A stretch of DNA of 64,000 bases from Neoechinorhynchus agilis (Eukaryota > Animalia > Acanthocephala): contig CM121343.1 in NCBI GenBank assembly GCA_051530055.1, positions 1,024,389-1,088,388 of the forward strand, written 5' to 3'. Of this stretch, positions 62,101 through 64,000 are shown one piece after another (position 1 is the stretch's first letter; every line of letters begins with the position of its first letter). Below the pieces are notes generated by a model. It was not told the DNA's origin, searched no databases, and saw nothing but the letters and a program-made list of their open reading frames with translations. The position numbers and the translations under genes are program-made.

Positions 62101-64000
62101 GAATGGAGCCTTCCGATCGACGGTGAATATCTCTCTAAATCTAAAAACTTCTGTATCTTGGATGGAGATTATTGTTGCTTAGCTCATCCACCACGCCCTC
62201 ATACGCCTCGATTACCGCAAGCACAGTCGACCGGATAAAATAGATGCCCCTTCACACCTGCTTTTAAACTGTGCCGCATGATTCATAGACAAGAACTGGC
62301 CCGGCACTTCCCTGGCACCTACGAAAGTAGGTAAGGCTAATTCCGTAGTCATTCAATAGGTCGATCGCTTGCGTTGAGCTTGTTTTGTGCAAAACGTGAG
62401 GTCTTCAATCATACGGCAGACGGGGTATTATTGATATAGCATTTGAGGACGCGGTGATACACTGCGGCTCTGCTATTGTTTGCGTTTTCTTTAGTACATC
62501 TTTTTCCCGACATTGGTTCACATGGCTGTGTGCAGATACGACATCGGTATATTTTTTATGACACGAGCCGCATTTAATCACGATAATCGATGATCCTCTT
62601 TAAGCGGTCGACAATTGCACTGCAGAAACCCAAGCCATAGATCGTTGGATTGCACATATCGCAAGCAACACGTTCTTCGAACTCATCACTCCTGCGTGAC
62701 ACCGGTTGTTGCAAATTTAGTGATTCACATCGATTATTGCTTTCTCCTCTTGAGCGTCCGCAATCTTTTCGTTAAAAAATTTAGAATGACCAGTGCTGGT
62801 GGGTCTTTGTTTTAAAATATTTATCCACTTCAGGAATTATTTCTCTATACTTATCCTCTTTATGTGCCATCATTTCTTCGCCTCGGTCTTGTGAGTTTCA
62901 TAGTAACACCTCTATATCAATGACATTGACTTCATTTGTCCGACGGTCAAGAAGGGTGAGATCACGTTTGAGGGCTTTTCCGTCGACGGTTTGGAGCCTA
63001 TAGTTTTCGACCAATTCCACGGCATCGAAGAACTTTGTCAAGAGGGTCCATTTGATTCTCCGAAGTACTCCGTCTTCTCGGTATATCATGGCAGCAATAA
63101 CTTTTGGACACTCGTTGGGATATTGCTGAATTGAGTTCCTTTACGGAGCGGGGAGACTTCGAGGCAGCAGCGAGGCAAGTCGGGATTTTCGGTGGTTCCG
63201 ATGGAGGATGTTTTTGGTTCAGGGTTTCGAGAGTTTCCTCGTTAACCTGGGCAAATACTTCAGAGAAGGATAGGATGCGAACAGCTCCGCGGATGTCACC
63301 ATCCGCAATTTTGGAGGATGAACGTTCAAGTATGGATCTAGCCGAAAATTACTGTGTGTATCTTGTTCTGTAGCTCCGCGATCGGCAGCCCGAATTGCGC
63401 CCGAAAATTAGTTGATCAAGGAGGCGATTTTTTCGATTGAACTGACTAACGACCCCTCCGAATTGCCGCCAACAAGAACTAGCCCGTACAAGAGACGGGA
63501 CGCGCAAATGTCAGACCCGTTTTCTAAGCAATCCCTAAGCAAAGCACTAAATGACTTCGTCATCTGATACCGAGCGCCCTTTGGGATACGTTTCAGGACG
63601 TTCCTGGGCAGAACGCGCAAGATATCAGGGAATTTCGTGGGAATGACTGAGGCGCTGGGACATTCCGAGGAGGTAGTGGGTTCGGGATGACAGATCTTGG
63701 GGGGCGGGAGGAACCAGAACAGCGGGATCTGAAGGGACCGTGTATCCGAACTAACAAGGATTTGTTAAGCAAAAGCAACCACCGCATTCCGAACAAAAAC
63801 CTTTCTTAGAAGAGGTGGCATGGAGGTTTGATAACTCGGCCTGTTGTTGTAAAGCCGTTGCGTCACCATCATCATTGAACTCGACGTCGTCCGATTGTCG
63901 TGTGATGGGCACAGGGTAATCCAACTCAATTGATGACGTCAAACTCGGCACGGCAGAATCCGCGAGGTCAAAGTTCGGCTGCATTCTGTAAAGAAAGACC
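56111..64000 (-). mobile_element. Tandem 2.6-2.8-kb units (56111-58736, 58737-61534, 61535-window end) built from degenerate RLE-type non-LTR retrotransposon fragments, with no RT
   Basis: gactgaacctttataagataagg at 56111, 58737 and 61535. Each unit carries a CRE-like N-terminus (CSECGG...RIHGPFRSRCSGS; VLKRIPKGAR; DGDIRGAV) and an RLE-like segment (DGVLRRL...LKRDLTLLD...VIDIEV...KY). Confidence 0.8.

Noticed and set aside
1-64000. tRNA, rRNA, snRNA genes and canonical telomeric repeats
   Set aside because: None were recognised by eye. A covariance-model scan would be needed to exclude divergent copies.

Overview
Eukaryotic (metazoan-type) genomic DNA with short GT-AG introns of about 40-60 nt. 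It is not prokaryotic, and I recognised no CRISPR, rRNA or tRNA genes. Host genes: a divergent, almost intronless CBP/p300 acetyltransferase (minus strand), an unidentified multi-exon gene, an Aur1/PAP2-family inositol-phosphoceramide-synthase-like gene that looks bacterial (Bacteroidetes-type) yet appears to carry an intron, a cadherin-repeat membrane protein, TIMM44 and UFC1. Decayed retroelements lie between them: CRE-clade RLE non-LTR, Ty3/gypsy, two APE-type LINEs and Penelope-like elements (PLEs). There are also at least seven tandem-repeat families. The right 22 kb consists of three abutting arrays: a 151-bp repeat cut from a Penelope RT, a ~453-bp satellite, and 2.6-2.8-kb units that look like RT-less chimeras of RLE retrotransposon pieces. 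Main highlights: (1) the apparently horizontally acquired, intron-bearing IPC-synthase-like gene with intact catalytic motifs; (2) a family of minimal type-I hammerhead ribozymes found as paired inverted copies, at a PLE 3' end, in decaying states, and apparently as the precursor of the ~180-bp satellite at the left edge; (3) several satellites traceable to retroelement parts. All family assignments come from motif recognition by eye; no database searches were run.
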